Virus record (IMG/VR): IMGVR_UViG_3300045988_067569
Reading direction: 5' to 3' (one strand)
Source: a virus
DNA length: 64,000 bases
The notes under the pieces are model-generated. The model did not search any database. It saw only the letters and a list, made by a program, of their open reading frames with translations, and was not told the DNA's origin. Positions 48,595 through 62,632 of this stretch are shown piece after piece (within the stretch, counting starts at the first letter, position 1; each line of letters begins with the position of its first letter). The position numbers and the translations under genes were made by a program.

Positions 48595-49908
48595 ATGGCT
48601 AAAGTGTAGTTTGACCCTGAATTGATGCGTAATATCAAAATTATTTACGGAGATGCGGACTTAGATGAGAGAACCTTGAGGTAGTTGCATTAGACTTGGG
48701 CAACTAATCCAGACATTATTAGAAGAACCGCACAATAGAAAATGCCTAAGTTACAAGAGGCATATTTTGATGCTCCAGAAATGCCTTCATTACCCACAAG
48801 ATTAGAACCTCTTCCTACTGCTGAAATAGCTTAGGATGATTTAAGAGGTGTTAAAGATTTTAAGACAGCTTTTAGGGCTGCTAGAGAGAGAGGACTAAAA
48901 CAGTTTATGTGGGGAAATTCTGTATATACTACAGACTTAGGACAGCCTTCAAGTAAGCCTAAACAACCTTCTACCATTCAGATTCCTTAGTCAGATACTT
49001 AGATTAGTATAGAAGCTCCAGACCTAATTGCTACAACAAAAGGAACTACTTGGGGTAGAGGAATACCAACTATTACAGGAGGCAGTTAGCCAGCTAGTGA
49101 ATAGACAAGAGCCGAGTAGCCTTCAAGTAAGCCTAAAGTAAATCCTGTACAGGCCACTACCAGTAGATATACTATGGGAGATACAGTACAAGGAGGAGAT
49201 TTTGGGATACATAGGGGGTTATAGAGATTATTTAATTATCTTGGAGATGTATGGAATTCTAGAAAATCAGAAGCTAAACCATTAACATTATCTCCGGGAC
49301 ATACAACTAAATTTCAACAAGGAGGAACAATGAATAATCAACAAGAATTACAAAAAGCGTTTGTGGCATATTTAATATAGGATGCGCAGTCATAGGGAGT
49401 TCAGATATAGTCTGAACAGGATTTACAAGCTTATGCTGAACAATTAGGTGAAGACGGCATTAAAGCTAAGTATCAGGAATTTATGCAGAAAATGCAAGGA
49501 GGAGTAATGGCTAGGCTTGGAGCTAAGCTTGAGTATTATAAGAAGCTAAAAGGAGTATGTCCAGAAGGAGAAGAGCTTGTATATTTTAAGCAAGGCGGTA
49601 GAATCTGTAAAGCTTGCCAGAAAGCACAAAAAGGAACTAAAGTTACTAAGAAAGCTAATGAAGTTGATAAATTTAAGGCAGGAAGAGCTTAGTATAAGAA
49701 AGATATGAAATCTGCTAGAGACGAAGCCTCAAGAGATTCTATATCAATCAATAAATACAATGATTAGGAAACTATGGCCAATAAAGGACATAAGGGTAAT
49801 TTCCAGGGAGGAAAATGGGTTCCTGACAGAAAACAATATGCTAAGAAAGACGCTTGTGGCTCAAAAATGAAAGTCAATAAGTGCGGTTCCAAAATGAAAA
49901 AGAAATAA
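48595..49908 (+). CDS. late protein (about 437 aa) translated only if TAG is read as sense; ends with tandem TAA TAA
   Basis: single frame carrying multiple in-frame TAG and no TAA/TGA from ATG 48595 to 49906-49911; contains ORF 49483..49692. Confidence 0.5.
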
Positions 49909-49945
49909 TAAGATTATCTAATGTGTATGATAATGATTAATGATT

Positions 49946-50506
49946 ATGAATGTATTTAACTATAACACTTTAACTAAATAGCTAGAAATAAATGAACCAG
50001 AGATATTACTAGTTAAGGAATTTAAGGCTTTAATCTAGAGGGATAAATCTGCAGAAAAGGATAGAGCTACTAGAGAACTATCTTACATTTATTTAGCTAT
50101 AGACTGGAAAAGTCCGTACAGTTAGTATTCGGAACATGAACGACATGACGAAGCTATTAGTGATTCTGGATTGACAGAGTCAGAATTTAATGACCCTATA
50201 TTTAGAGAAGCTTGTAGGAAATACAGAGCGTTACAAGATTCAAACAAGTCAATAAAATTACTGGAAGCAGCTAAAAGAGCTGCAGACTAGTTTATTGATT
50301 ATTTTGAAACTATTGTAGATTTAAATGAGCGTGATAATAACGGCAAGCCGGTATTCCAGGCTGAAAAAGTAATGAAGGAAATGGCTACCCTTCACAAAGT
50401 TCATGAAGAACTCATAACACTAGAAGACTAGGTTAAGAAAGAACTTACTGAACAATCTACTGTTAGAGCTGGAGCTGTGGATGGTTTTGACCCAGGAGAC
50501 TTTTAA
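49946..50506 (+). CDS. TAG-containing late protein; terminase small subunit by position only
   Basis: frame with five in-frame TAG codons immediately upstream of the terminase large subunit gene. Confidence 0.35.
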
Positions 50507-50508
50507 TT

Positions 50509-52872
50509 ATGCCAAGAAAAAAGATATTACCTGAAGAAATATAGAATATTGTAGATTAGGTAAGAGAAAAAGAATAGAAAGAGGATGCTAAAGAAGCTAG
50601 AGAATTAGTATAGAAAATAAGAGAGGAAAGGGTCAGAAATTCTGACTATTGGGATGTTAAAATAGGAGATAAAATAGAAGTATTTGACCCTACCTTATCT
50701 TATGAAATAACTGGATACAGACCTATTGACGAAACTCATGGATTGGACTTTAATCCAGATTGGTTTACCGAGACTAGGGAAGTATATAAACGAACTAGTC
50801 AATACTGTCCCTACCTTAGAGATAGTAAGCGGTACAACGAATTTTGGAAAGAGCAATATAGAAGATGTAAGTATGGAATGACAGTTAATGGATACACCAT
50901 TACTGGAGATAATTACTTCTTCTTAAATTTCTATTAGTTACCTACTATTGACTAGCAGAAAGCCTCTGGTGAGGGTACTGATAATGACTTCCCAATATTC
51001 TTTGCATCACATTATATGTTCTTTCATTATCTATAGATGGCTAGAGTGCTACACAAGCACGCAGCTTTAATGAAAGCTCGTTCTATTGGATTCTCTGAAA
51101 TAAATGCCTCTCTTTCTGCTCGTATGTACTCTGTTATTAGAAGAAGTAGGGTTATGATTACTTGCTTTAATGATACCTTCCTTAAGGGTACCTTTAGTAA
51201 GTTTGACAATGCTCTTACATTCTTAAATACCTGTACTGGAGGAGGATTTTTTAAATTGCGACTTATTGACCAGGATTTGAGAAAGAAATCAGGTAAACAA
51301 ATCAAAATAAATGGTTAGTTTGAAGACGTAGGATTTAAATCTGAGGTTGTAGCAATTAACGGAGCTAAACCATCTAACATTCGTGGAGACCGTGTAGATT
51401 TATTAATATATGATGAAGCTGGTTCCTGGCCTGGACTTGATACCGCTGTGGTACAAGGTCAAGAACTTTGTGAAGTTCAAGGTATGCCTCGTGGAACAAT
51501 GTTGTTTGGAGGTACTGGCGGTGATATGGGTGCTCCTCTAGAGGGCTTAAAAAAGATTTACTATAATCCAAGAGCATATAAGATTCTTCCATTTAGACAT
51601 AATTGGACTTAGGATGGGACTACTATAGAGAGTGGATTCTTTATTCCATACTTTATACAATCTTTGAATCCAGAATTTATGGACCACAGAGGAGTATGTA
51701 ATACTGTGGAATATAAGAAATTCTTATAGGAGGAGCGAGATAATCTGTTAGCTGTACCAGAAGACTACCTAAAGAAATGTGCTGAACGTTGTTGGAATGC
51801 AGAAGAAGCATTTAATCTAGAAGGTGTTAATAAGTTTAATAAAATTTTAGTTGCCGAATAGATAGCTAATATAAGACTTAAACAAATTGGTCCAAGACCC
51901 GAATGTGGTTATATTGATTATTTTTACAAAAATAATAAACATACTTAGGATAACATTGATGGTTTTAAATGGATTCCTAACAGCAATGGTAAAGTAAAAA
52001 TTCTAGAGCATCCAATATGGTCTGACTTATATAAAGAACAAATGGAAAAGCTTAGATAGGAGGCAGAAGATAATGGCTAGGATTTTGAAGTTCCAGTTTA
52101 TAAAGAGATGCGAGACTTATACGTAGCAGGTATAGACGGTATTGATATTGGAGCGAATTAGACTTCTAAGGAAACCAGAGACCCGTCTGATTTCTGCATA
52201 ACGATTAAGAAACGTGCATTTGGTATGAATGACCCTCAGTATGTTGCTATGTACAAGGATAGACCTGGAGACATCAGAGAAGCCTATAAAATAGCTATGT
52301 GTTTAGCTCGCTATTATAATTGTAAAATAAATATAGAAGCTACTCGTATGGGTATGGTTACTTGGGCTAGAGAAAAAGGATGCCTTAACTATTTTATGAA
52401 GCGCCCAAGAGCTACTCTAACTGACGTTAGAAATGGAACTACTAAATAGTATGGAACTCCTGCTACAAAAACTATAATCGAATAGCATACTGATTTAACA
52501 GCCGCCTTTATAGAAGACTATTGCCATACTATATGGTTCGAAGAAATGCTAGAATAGTTCACTGCATATAATGATGAAAATAAGGGTAAGTATGATATTG
52601 TAGCCGCTGTAGGTATGACTGAGTTAGCAGACCAAGAGCTATCAGGAAGACAGCCCGTACTTGTGGAGAAAGAAGTTGAATAGTTCCAAGATTTTGGTTA
52701 CTATTACGACGAGAGAGGAATTAAAAGATTTGGAGTTATTCCAACTAAGAAAACTCCTGAACTTAATATGCAAAGAAACGAATATGATGACCCATACAGA
52801 GTTGAAACAAGTGATCCTAGAATATATGAGGGACTTGTACAAAATGGAGTATATAGGCGGACTAGATATTGA
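50509..52872 (+). CDS. terL: terminase large subunit (about 787 aa, many in-frame TAG codons)
   Basis: ATPase motifs KARSIGFSE (Walker A-like) and DLLIYDEAG (Walker B); nuclease-domain motifs DPSDFCITIKKR and DIVAAVGMTE; ends TGA at 52870. Confidence 0.8.
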
Positions 52873-53063
52873 GAGTTTAGACCCAGTTGGGTATAAAGTC
52901 TCTTTTAACTTTGATAGGTCAGAAATGCCATTAGTAATAATAGCAGATTTACCAGACGAAGAATTTCTGCCATTTATTAAGGAAGAATTAAGAAGTAGGA
53001 AGTTGCAAAGAGTTAAGTATTATAACGCTACTAAACTTCCTCCAGAACAACATAATTTATGTT

Positions 53064-55235
53064 ATGAAAGAGAAGGAATTAATAGACAAGACAAACGAGG
53101 CTATTGCGGAACTTGTATATGATAAGTATGAGTTACAGAAAGCTTATAATTATTATAATGGTAAAAGAGATCCTGAATAGTTCCGTTATCTGGAAGAAAA
53201 CTTCGGAATAGGTAGCCCCACTTCGGTAGAGTTTACGCCTTTATTAAAGAAACACGTAGATGCTCTAGTTGGAGAATATTTAGGAACTCCTATACTTCCG
53301 AAAATTTCTTGCAAAGATTCAGATACTATCAGTAATATAACAAGAGAAAAATAGCTAGAAATAACCAAGGGAATAGTAAAGTTTTTGAAAGACCATTTAA
53401 GTAATTCAATTCTTAAGTTTATTGATGGCAAGGATATTACTGATAAAGCTGTAAAGACTTAGTTAGATAAAATTATATAGGATATTGACCAATCCTTTAT
53501 TTCTCAATATGAAATTGCAGCTTAGAATATAGTACATTATATTATGCAATCCAGAGAAACCGATTTAATTACTAAGTTACGTTAGTTACTAACAGACTTA
53601 TTAATTACTGGTTATACATTCTTTAGAGTGAAATCATCGGCTTCTGGAACTAATATTGAAATAGAGGTATTAAACCCACTTAATACATTTGTTGATAGAA
53701 ATCCAGAATCTCCATATGTAAGGAACTCATATAGAGTTGTAGTAAGAAAGTGGATGAGTAAGAGTTAGATTTTAGCTAAATATGGCAAAGAAATATCTAG
53801 AGAAGATTTAAGAAGACTAAAAGATGAATGGCGAGCTGATGATTCAGCTGCTGTTTATAGAAGAGTATATGGAGATACTTGTACAGTAGTAAATGAAGAT
53901 TAGAATCATGAAACCATTCCCGGCTATCCAGACAATGAATATAGTGCTCATAGGTTCTAGTTAATCCCAGTCTATGATGTTGAATGGATTGAAACAGATG
54001 ATGATTTTGTGATGTAGAGATACAATACTATTAGAATAGGAGAAGAGATATATATTCTTAGAGGATTAGACAAGACTGTTATGAGATCTAAAGATAATCC
54101 CAACTTCTGTTCTTTATCGGTAAATGGAGTATATTTCTTAAATCGCTCTTAGTAGCCTTATTCTCTTATATTAAAATGTGCACATCTGTAGGATAGATAC
54201 GACTTATTAAACTATTATAGAGATAATCTAATAGCTAATAGTGGTACTGCCGGAGTTATTATGGATATGTCTCTGTTGCCTACCAACTTAGGAGTTAAAT
54301 GGCCAGAACGAGTACAAAAATGGTTAGCCTATAAAAAAGGTGGTATCATGTGGATAGACTCAAGCCAAGAAGGTAGGAATGATGGACAGCAAGCTCCAAA
54401 CTAGATATATAACGGATTTGATGATACCTTAAAAGCATAGGCTGTATAGGCTATTGAATTAGCTATTCAATCAGTAGAACAAACTACATCATCAATAACT
54501 GGAGTATTTAGGGAACGACTTAACGGTATAGAAACTAGAGATGCAGTTACTAATATTAAGTAGGGAGTAGCTAACTCGTATATAGTAACTAAGCACTATT
54601 TTTAGCAGATGGATTTAATAACCTGCGAGATACTACTAGATAGTCTTAATTAGGCTAAAGTTACTTATAAGAAAGGATTAACTGGAACTATTATACTTGG
54701 GGATAAATATCAACAGATATTCACCGCACTTCCTGAGTATTTTACTGTTACTGACTACGATATTCATATTACTGCTAGTTCAGAAGTGATGGAAGATCTA
54801 TAGACTATAAAAGCAATCATTCCAGAGTTCGTAAAAAGTCAACAGATGGATCCAGATATTATTTTTGAGGCTCTTACATCTAAGAGTCTGACAGACCTTA
54901 AATATAAGGTTAAGAAAGCTGTTCAAGTTCGCAAAGAGGAAAATAATCAGCTTCAGCAACTACAAGAAAAATTAGAAGAAACTTCTCAATAGGCTCAGTA
55001 GTTATAGCAAGAATTATAGAAAGCTCAGCAAAAGATTGAAAGCTTAGATGAATAGAGACTGGGATTAGAATAGTAGAAGATGCAGTTAGAATATAAAGTT
55101 AACTGGCTTAAAGCTCAGTCTGATTCTACTTATAAAGATAGACAAATGGATATTGAAGAAAAAAGAACTGAAATAGAGTTGGCTTAGCTTCATGATGGAA
55201 ATCCATATAATGACAAAATAAGACAAATACATTAA
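53064..55235 (+). CDS. portal protein (about 723 aa, many in-frame TAG codons)
   Basis: N-terminal YELQKAYNYYNGKRDPE-TAG-FRYLEENFGIGSPTSVEFTPLLKKHVDALVGEYLG; follows terL; ends TAA at 55233. Confidence 0.7.
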
Positions 55236-55236
55236 T

Positions 55237-55965
55237 ATGGCAACTGGAACAATTGTATACAACAAAGATTAGTAGTAGATTTATCCTATCTCTGATGGGA
55301 CAGTAATTATAAGTAATGCTTCCGGTTCTAAATCAAATGTAGAAGACGACTTAAAAAAATTATTTAAGTAGGTATCAGATTTATCCGGTTCAAGTGAAGC
55401 AGTTAATAGTATTATTATTAAAATACATTATCTCCCTGCTAATACTGCCGATGAATCTGAAATAAAACTATCAAGTAAGTAGTGGTCTGATACTTTTGAG
55501 CTTCCAACAGAAGAGAATCCATATATATGGAAAAGAACTAAATTTACTTTTTAGGGAGCTGATGAATCATAGGGAACTACTATCTATGAAATAGTAGCGA
55601 GTGATGTCTCTACTATTATATAGACTATATATACTAGAACCGAGGGAATAACACCAGTTATAGAGTATAAACAAAAAACGAATGAAAAAGGAGATCCTCT
55701 CTATATAGATTCTGACGGGAGAGAAACCACAGAAGTAACCTCTATTAAAGCCTATGACTATAACTACTACTGGAATGGACAGCCCTCCTCTGGGATTGAT
55801 AAATTACCTCCTACTCCAGATGGATAGTCTTATACCTGGACTGACTATCCACAAGATATTAGTTTATCTTTTACTTCTGTTTTTATGTCTAGACGTATAA
55901 AGCAATCTGGAAAGTGGGGACCTTTTTCTACACCAGCTCAATACGGTCAATGGCCTAACACTTAA
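55237..55965 (+). CDS. TAG-containing late protein (about 242 aa)
   Basis: hand-traced frame beginning ATGGCAACTGGA with three consecutive TAG codons near the start; ends TAA. Confidence 0.4.
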
Positions 55966-55977
55966 TATTATTGCAAT

Positions 55978-56709
55978 ATGGAATTTAGTATTGATATACA
56001 TACCCAAATTAATGGGGAAATACTGATAGAAGATTTCTCAAAAGAATATGGCTAGTATATTGATGAAGATGTAGAGGTAGTAACTTCTTACGACTCCTAT
56101 AAGTATAGTGAGAGTGCTACCTTGAATACTATCATCAAAGTTAGTATAAGCGATGCTACTCTGATAGATGTCCTACTTAATGACCATACAGAAGACTTAG
56201 ACTCGTGTATGTTTAAGGTCAAGGATGATGGTTATTACGTAGTAGACCATATCATTATTCCTAATATGAAATGGTATGAAAATTCATCGGACGAATACAA
56301 GGAATACTATGAGACTATCTATGTTACTGATGGAGAAAAATTATATAAAGAAGTAGAAGGTAAGCTAGAAGAGTGTACAGTTAAAGAAGTTCTTGAACGA
56401 AACATAGAAGGAACTACTATAAAAAAATGTAAGGTAGATGTTTTCTTTACAGGAAACTTGTAGTAGTGTTACATTAATTATTGTAAGAAACTCTTTGATG
56501 CTTTACTAAATAAGTGTCTAACTAGAGATTAGGAAGCAGATATATTTGCTCGAGATTTCATATGGATGACTCTTAACATTATAGATTATTTAATATGCTT
56601 TAAACAATTCATGGAGGCTGAAAGATTACTAGCGATGTTCCGTACCTGTGGAGGATTCTGTGACAATCACCACCATGGACATAAACGTATAGGTTGTGGA
56701 TGCTCTTAA
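55978..56709 (+). CDS. TAG-containing late protein (about 243 aa)
   Basis: frame contains ORF 56122..56463; ends TAA. Confidence 0.4.
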
Positions 56710-56864
56710 GAGAAAGGCTATTAAAAGGTATGAGGATTTTCTAAGAAAACTCAAAAAGGGATATAAACCAGATTATCAAGATATTCTTAATCTAATTTGT
56801 TTTATTAACCTACCTGTAAGACTAGATAATCACGAATTTATTAAATAGCAATTATTAAACTAGA

Positions 56865-58439
56865 ATGATACAGTCTATTTACACTTCGGTAAGTAACGCA
56901 GATATAGTGCCTTGTGGTAAAAAGGGTAAGCCTATAAAATGTGAGCCTATACCTCTCTTAAGAAATAACTATTTAGGAGAATATAGGACAGAACTAGAAA
57001 AAGCTAAAGTAAGAAAGAACTTAGGTATTGCTGATGAGTAGAGTCTATTGTGGGGAAACATTAGTGGAACCATAGAACTGCAAAAAGACCTAGTATAGTA
57101 TATAGAACAAAAATGGACCTATACTAGTGACGTTGCAGAAGGCATTAATACTGTGAAGGATGCCCTAGACTATGCCCTATACTTTATTAGCGAATATGAA
57201 TCTAATACAGAAGCAATAGAAGAACTGAAAGTCGATATAAGCAATATTAGAACTTCTATATCTGTATTGAAGGAGGATTTACAGCGAGAAATTGATACTA
57301 ATAGAAAAGGAATTAATAATCTATCTGAAGAAATAGTAAAAATCAATGAAGCTATAGTTGAGTTGAACAATGCTATTGAGAATATAGATGTTGATAAAAA
57401 CATTCTTAATTGGATTAAGAATAGTCTCCAAAATTCCAAAACTATAGAACTAAAGGAAAATAATTCCTTAGAGGTGATTTTATCTACTTAGGAAGATAAT
57501 GCTATTCATTTAATAGAATAGGAGATTGGAGAGGAAACCTCTTCTATTATCCTTCCAGGTATCTATGTTAAGAATCTTGAACCTGCTCTAGAAGAAACAA
57601 AGAAAGAAGTATAGAAAACTTAGGAAGCACAACAAGAGACAAATACTAAAGTAGAAGCTAATACTGAAAGTATTACTAATATACAAACTAACTTAGAAAC
57701 TATAGCTACTTATTAGACGGAACTCCCAGATGATACTACTTCAACAGTAATTGAAGGGACTACAGTAGAGAAACTTAAGGGCAAGCCCTTTAATGAAATT
57801 ATTGATACTTTACTGTTTCCAACAGTAGTTAGAGATTTAGTATACCCATAGCTTTATTATAGTTTTACTTCTCAAATAGTAGAAGTGGGAACTGCTTTAT
57901 TAACTCCTACACTTACATTTATAAAGAATGATGCTGGAGAAGAAACTGACAGACGAGAAACTATTACTTATAACAGTTCTCCTGTAGAGTCTGATACATA
58001 TAATTCTATTGGTACTTATACTCACTCTGGTACAGTGAGTTATGCCGCTGGAGAATATTTGATAAATAATAAAGGAGAAGTTACAGATAAGAGAGTAGAA
58101 GCTGGTTCTATTTCCGCTACCGCTTAGGTAGTAGCCACATATCCTTGGTATTCTGGTAATACTGATGGTGTGATTAAATAGGCGCTAGTTCCTTTTGGAC
58201 AATCGTCTGGAACTATCACATTTTCACTAAGTGGTAAGGCTATTATAAAATTGCCAGGAAGTAACACATAGTTAAATTCATTTACCGTAGATGGAGGACT
58301 TGGATATTTAAATGTAGACCTAAGTGGTTGGGAAACGTCTACCGAGTAGATAAATGGATTTACTTACAAGGTATGGACTAAGAAAGATACTTACTCCTCA
58401 GCATTGCCACATCAAATTAACTTTATTCTATCACAATAA
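56865..58439 (+). CDS. TAG-containing structural protein (about 524 aa)
   Basis: frame contains ORF 57153..57491; TAA at 58437. Confidence 0.45.
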
Positions 58440-60277
58440 TGGCATTTAAATATACAGGTGATGCTACCTTAGGTGTCGCTTTAACCGTAGAAACTCCGAA
58501 GCCTCTCGATAATAGAACAGTCGTTAATAACTTAGACGAACTTTATTCTATTCCAGAGAAGTATGCTTATCAAGGTATGACCGTTGCTAACATAGATAAC
58601 GGAAATATTTATATGCTGATTGATAAGTCTAAGATTAAATACAAGGAAGGATGGAAAGCATCCTATGAATCTATCTAGATAATCACCTGTACAGAGGCTG
58701 AATATAAAGAATGGTCTGAGAATACTACAGACGATTTTAGGCCCATAGATGAAAGTAAACCATATCTTCATGCTGAGACATATTATTATATATATGAGGA
58801 TAGCTTAGACGATAACTAGTTTTACCTATCCGCGGAATGGGGGAAAAAGATAGAAGAGCAATTAAAATAGAAGGCTCTTAATACTACTGTAGTATAGATT
58901 AGAACAGACTTAGATAACACTATTGCTAGCCTATCAGATTATGCTACACTGGAAGAATTAACTACTAATTATGTCTCTAACGATTCTTTAGCTCTATCAC
59001 TGACTAAGTATTATACTAAGGAAGAAACAAACGATATTTTCGTTACTAAAGAAAGCCTTAGAGGAGAGGGAATGGAAGGAGATGATTTTGTCTTCGTTAC
59101 AAAGAAAGAATATGAGGAAGATTAGTAGGCCATCCAAGACGAGTTAGATAAAACTCTTAAGGTAGATGGAGATGGTTCCTTAGAAAGCATCACTGTTGGA
59201 TAGATAAAATCTCCTGTAGTAGAGGGAGAGAGCTAGCTAGTAGTAGACGTTAGGTCTGAAGGATTATTTATAGGTGAAGATTAGATTGCTACTGAATCGG
59301 ATATTCCGAACTTAGTAACATTAACTGAAGAAGAGTATCTAAAGTTAGTAGAGGAAGGGACGGTAGAGCCTGATACATATTACTATGTATATGACGTCAC
59401 AAATGATGCAAAGGTTTATATTACTAAGGAATATTTGGATTAGAATTATCATACTACCAATCAATATCAGTCCTGGGTTGCTACAAATTATTACTCCAAG
59501 AAGTAGATTGATGAAATAGTTCAAGGTTTGCAAAAACTTGGAAACTACGTTACTACAGAAGATATTAAGGCTTATTATACTATTTAGCAGGTTGATGACA
59601 AATTTCTTACTAAGGAAAATGCTCAGTCTACTTATGCTACTCAATAGTCATTATCTGATTTATCAGATTAGATAGCCGAAGATTACGTAACAAAAGAAAG
59701 TTTAAGGGGAGACTCTCCTGAAACCGGAGATGATGATTTCATATTTGTTACCTAGAAAAAATATCAGGATGATTAGGCTGCTGCTGCTAAAGAATTTAGC
59801 ACTGAGCTTTTGAAATCTACATCAGTAGAAACTTCTGATATTACTATTTAGAAAATTGGAGAAAAAGAAGTACAATAGGGAACAACTGGAGAACCTTCTG
59901 AGGAAACAGGAACTGAGCAAGTTATTGAGAGTTCTGTTAAACTTACCACAGAAGATAACAGGCTATTTGCTGGAGGCAAGCAAGTTGCTATTACTGAAGA
60001 AGTACCAAAACTTGTATGCTTACCACAAGCTGATTATGATGACCTAGTTGAGAATAGTAAGACTGAAGAAGATACTTATTATTGCACCTATGGAGAAAAA
60101 GATTTACAAGATACTGGATATGTTAGGAGCGAATATCTTATAGAGAGATACTACACCAAAGCTGAGGTAGAAGAACTAATTAGCTAGGCCGTAGCCGAAT
60201 TGTAGAAAAAGATAGACGCTTTATAGCCAGGTTCTAGTGTAGAGGTAGATGGAGAAAATGAACAATTAATATTTTAA
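58439..60277 (+). CDS. TAG-containing structural (fiber-like) protein (about 612 aa)
   Basis: ATG overlaps the preceding stop (TAATG); contains ORF 58439..58678; TAA at 60275. Confidence 0.45.
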
Positions 60278-60496
60278 ACAATATGGGAACAATTTATATT
60301 GAAGGACAGTTTAAGAGTTCTGCCAAACCAGTAAAAGTTGTTGGAGGAAGTATAGGAGGAGGCTCTGGAGTAGACTAGGAAGTTCTCAAGAACTATGCTA
60401 CTAAAGCAGAATTGTAGAAGGCTGTTGAGGACCTAACTGCTTCCATAGAGAGAATAGATCACGATGTAGTTGATGAAACTTTAATAATACAATGAT

Positions 60497-62314
60497 ATGG
60501 CAGCAATCAAATCTATAAAGGTTGGGGAAACCACATACGATTTAAAAGCTACTTACGATGGTGCTGGAAATGTTATAGATACGACATATGCCAAGGCTAA
60601 TGCAATTCCAACTAAAACTTCTTAGTTACAGAATGATAGTGGATATTTAACTGAGCATTAGGATATTAGTGAATTAGCTACTAAGGGTGAGCTTGAAGGC
60701 AAAGTAGATAAGGAGTTAGGAAAGGGACTTTCTGAAGCCAATTATACTGAAACTGAGAAGGAAAAGTTAAGTACTATAGCTAATAATGCTAATAATTATG
60801 TACATCCAACTACTTCTGGAAATAAACATATTCCATCTGGAGGAGCATCTGGATAGATGCTAGTTTTCTCAGCAGATGGTACTGCTGAATGGGCAGATTC
60901 AAGTTCTAAGCTAGAAGAGCAATTTACAGCGCTAAATGAGGCTTGGGAAGAATTGTAGAAGGCACAACAAAAGCTTGATAAGTAGATTACTGAGCTAAAT
61001 AGTAATATGGATTTATATTCCTATGGAGTAGAATGGGATGTTACAGTAGCATCTCCGGAACTTACTAGAATAGGTAATCCTTTGCTGCATAAATCTCTTC
61101 CTATTCAATCAGCGTATAGAGGTTGTGTAGCAAACAATGATGTAGTAAATTACTATCTGTTTCCAGATGACTGGTCTTATAAAGAAGACGGAGAAACTCC
61201 ATCTGTCTTAGATGGAACTGATGGAACAGTAAGAGTTAATACTCCTAAATTTTATGGAAAATCTGGCAGCGATGGAAACAAAAGATGGGTTAGAACTTCT
61301 ACTGTCAAAATTGATGATTCATGGGTAGAAATTCCTGAACTATTAATAGATGCATACAGAAGTACAGTTGATACCACAGTCTCCGCAACTCCAAAAGCTG
61401 TATCAGTAGTTAATACTACTACTGCATTTAGAGGTGGAGGAAATAGAGCTAACTACGATGATTATCTAACTACAGAATTAGAAACTAAGGATATATTCAG
61501 AAGTGATTTAGGAAAGCCTAGAACTAATATTTCTAGAGCTACTATGAGAACATATGCAACAAATGCTGGTTCAGAATTGCTATGCTATGAATATTACAAA
61601 TGGATATTCTACTGGAATTATGTCATTGAATATGCTAATTTTAATTCTTAGGCTGCCTATAATGCAGAGTTAACTGCGGATGGATATCATCAAGGGGGTT
61701 TGGGACCTGGAGTTACAGATTGGGCTAACGCAGCTACAAGTTGGTCAGGATATAATGCAACATATCCACTTACGCCTTGTGGTTACTGCAATGAATTTGG
61801 TAACTTCACTGGAGTAAAAGATTTAGTTATTCCAGAATGTACAGTTCAAGATGGCACAAATACAGTAGCAACTCATACATTTAAAGTACCTCGCTGGAGA
61901 GGGTTCGATAATCCGTTTGGAGACATTTGGACTAACCTGGACGGAGTAGTTATAGTGAGAGCAGCTGCTAATGAGATTAGCACTGTCTATACAACTACTA
62001 ACGTATCGGAATTTACCGACGTAGTTGGAGAGAAAACCGTTGCAGGATACGAAGTAGCATCTGATGGTTATATTAAGGCATTTGACTTAGGTGAAACCGC
62101 TGAAATAATTCCATCCGCTGTTGGAGGAAGTGCTACTACTTATATTTGCGATTACCATTACTGCAACGCAAGCAGCACAGCGCTTCGCACGCTGCTGGTG
62201 GGCGGCAGCGCGCCTGATGGCGGCGGTGCGGGTCTCGGCTGTTTCAATTCTGCCTTTGACGTCGGCGGTGCCGTTTCCGTTGTCGGGTTCAGGACTCTGA
62301 ATAGAGTATCTTAA
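60497..62314 (+). CDS. tail fiber protein, DGR target (variable region at its C-terminus)
   Basis: N-terminal fiber-like sequence HIPSGGASG-TAG-MLVFSADGTAEWADS; contains ORFs 61007..61651 and 61700..62314 joined by a TAG; C-terminus LLVGGSAPDGGGAGLGCFNSAFDVGGAVSVVGFR lies in the variable repeat. Confidence 0.65.
62189..62288 (+). repeat. DGR variable repeat VR1 (GC-rich island)
   Basis: about 100 bp at the 3' end of the target gene; matches the template repeat except at template adenines. Confidence 0.8.
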
Positions 62315-62390
62315 GATATACAATATAAAAATCGATTTAGATGATAAATCGTAGGATATTACTTCTAAAAACCGTTGATTGGCAAAAAAA

Positions 62391-62490
62391 GTACTGCTGG
62401 TGGGCAGCAACGCGAATAATGGCAGCAATGCAGGTCTCAGCTATTTCAATTCTAACAATGACGTCAGCAATGCCAATTCCAATGTCGAGT
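62391..62490 (+). repeat. DGR template repeat (TR), A-rich with many AAT/AAC/AGC codon-like triplets
   Basis: about 23 mismatches to VR1 by hand alignment; each falls where TR has A and VR1 has G, C or T. Confidence 0.8.
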
Positions 62491-62632
62491 TATTATATAT
62501 TTAGAAACATTTTATTATTTTTTTTTAGTTTGCTAAGTAATATCCTTGCCTCTAGGCAAAAGATAACGTAGTGTTGAATGAAGGGTGTTAGTAGGTTAAT
62601 TCTCGAACGCTTCCGATGAAATATATAAAAAA

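Noticed and set aside
52661-53122. 153-aa ORF spanning the terL-portal junction
   Set aside because: It is a frame artefact. Its 5' part is an alternative frame over the terL 3' end, whose true frame shows better coding periodicity and the DIVAAVGMTE nuclease motif. Only the last ~65 codons may be a genuine small gene (about 52925-53122).
62189-62288. GC-rich islands at 62.2 kb and 34.6-34.7 kb as horizontally acquired DNA or a recombination hotspot
   Set aside because: Their mutual similarity and the adenine-specific mismatch pattern against the template repeat explain them as DGR variable repeats.
62341-62571. 76-aa ORF overlapping the DGR template repeat
   Set aside because: The TR is expected to act as noncoding RNA. 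The ORF is the A-rich TR read in frame (MAAMQVSAISILTMTSAMPIPMS) and is not a plausible Avd.
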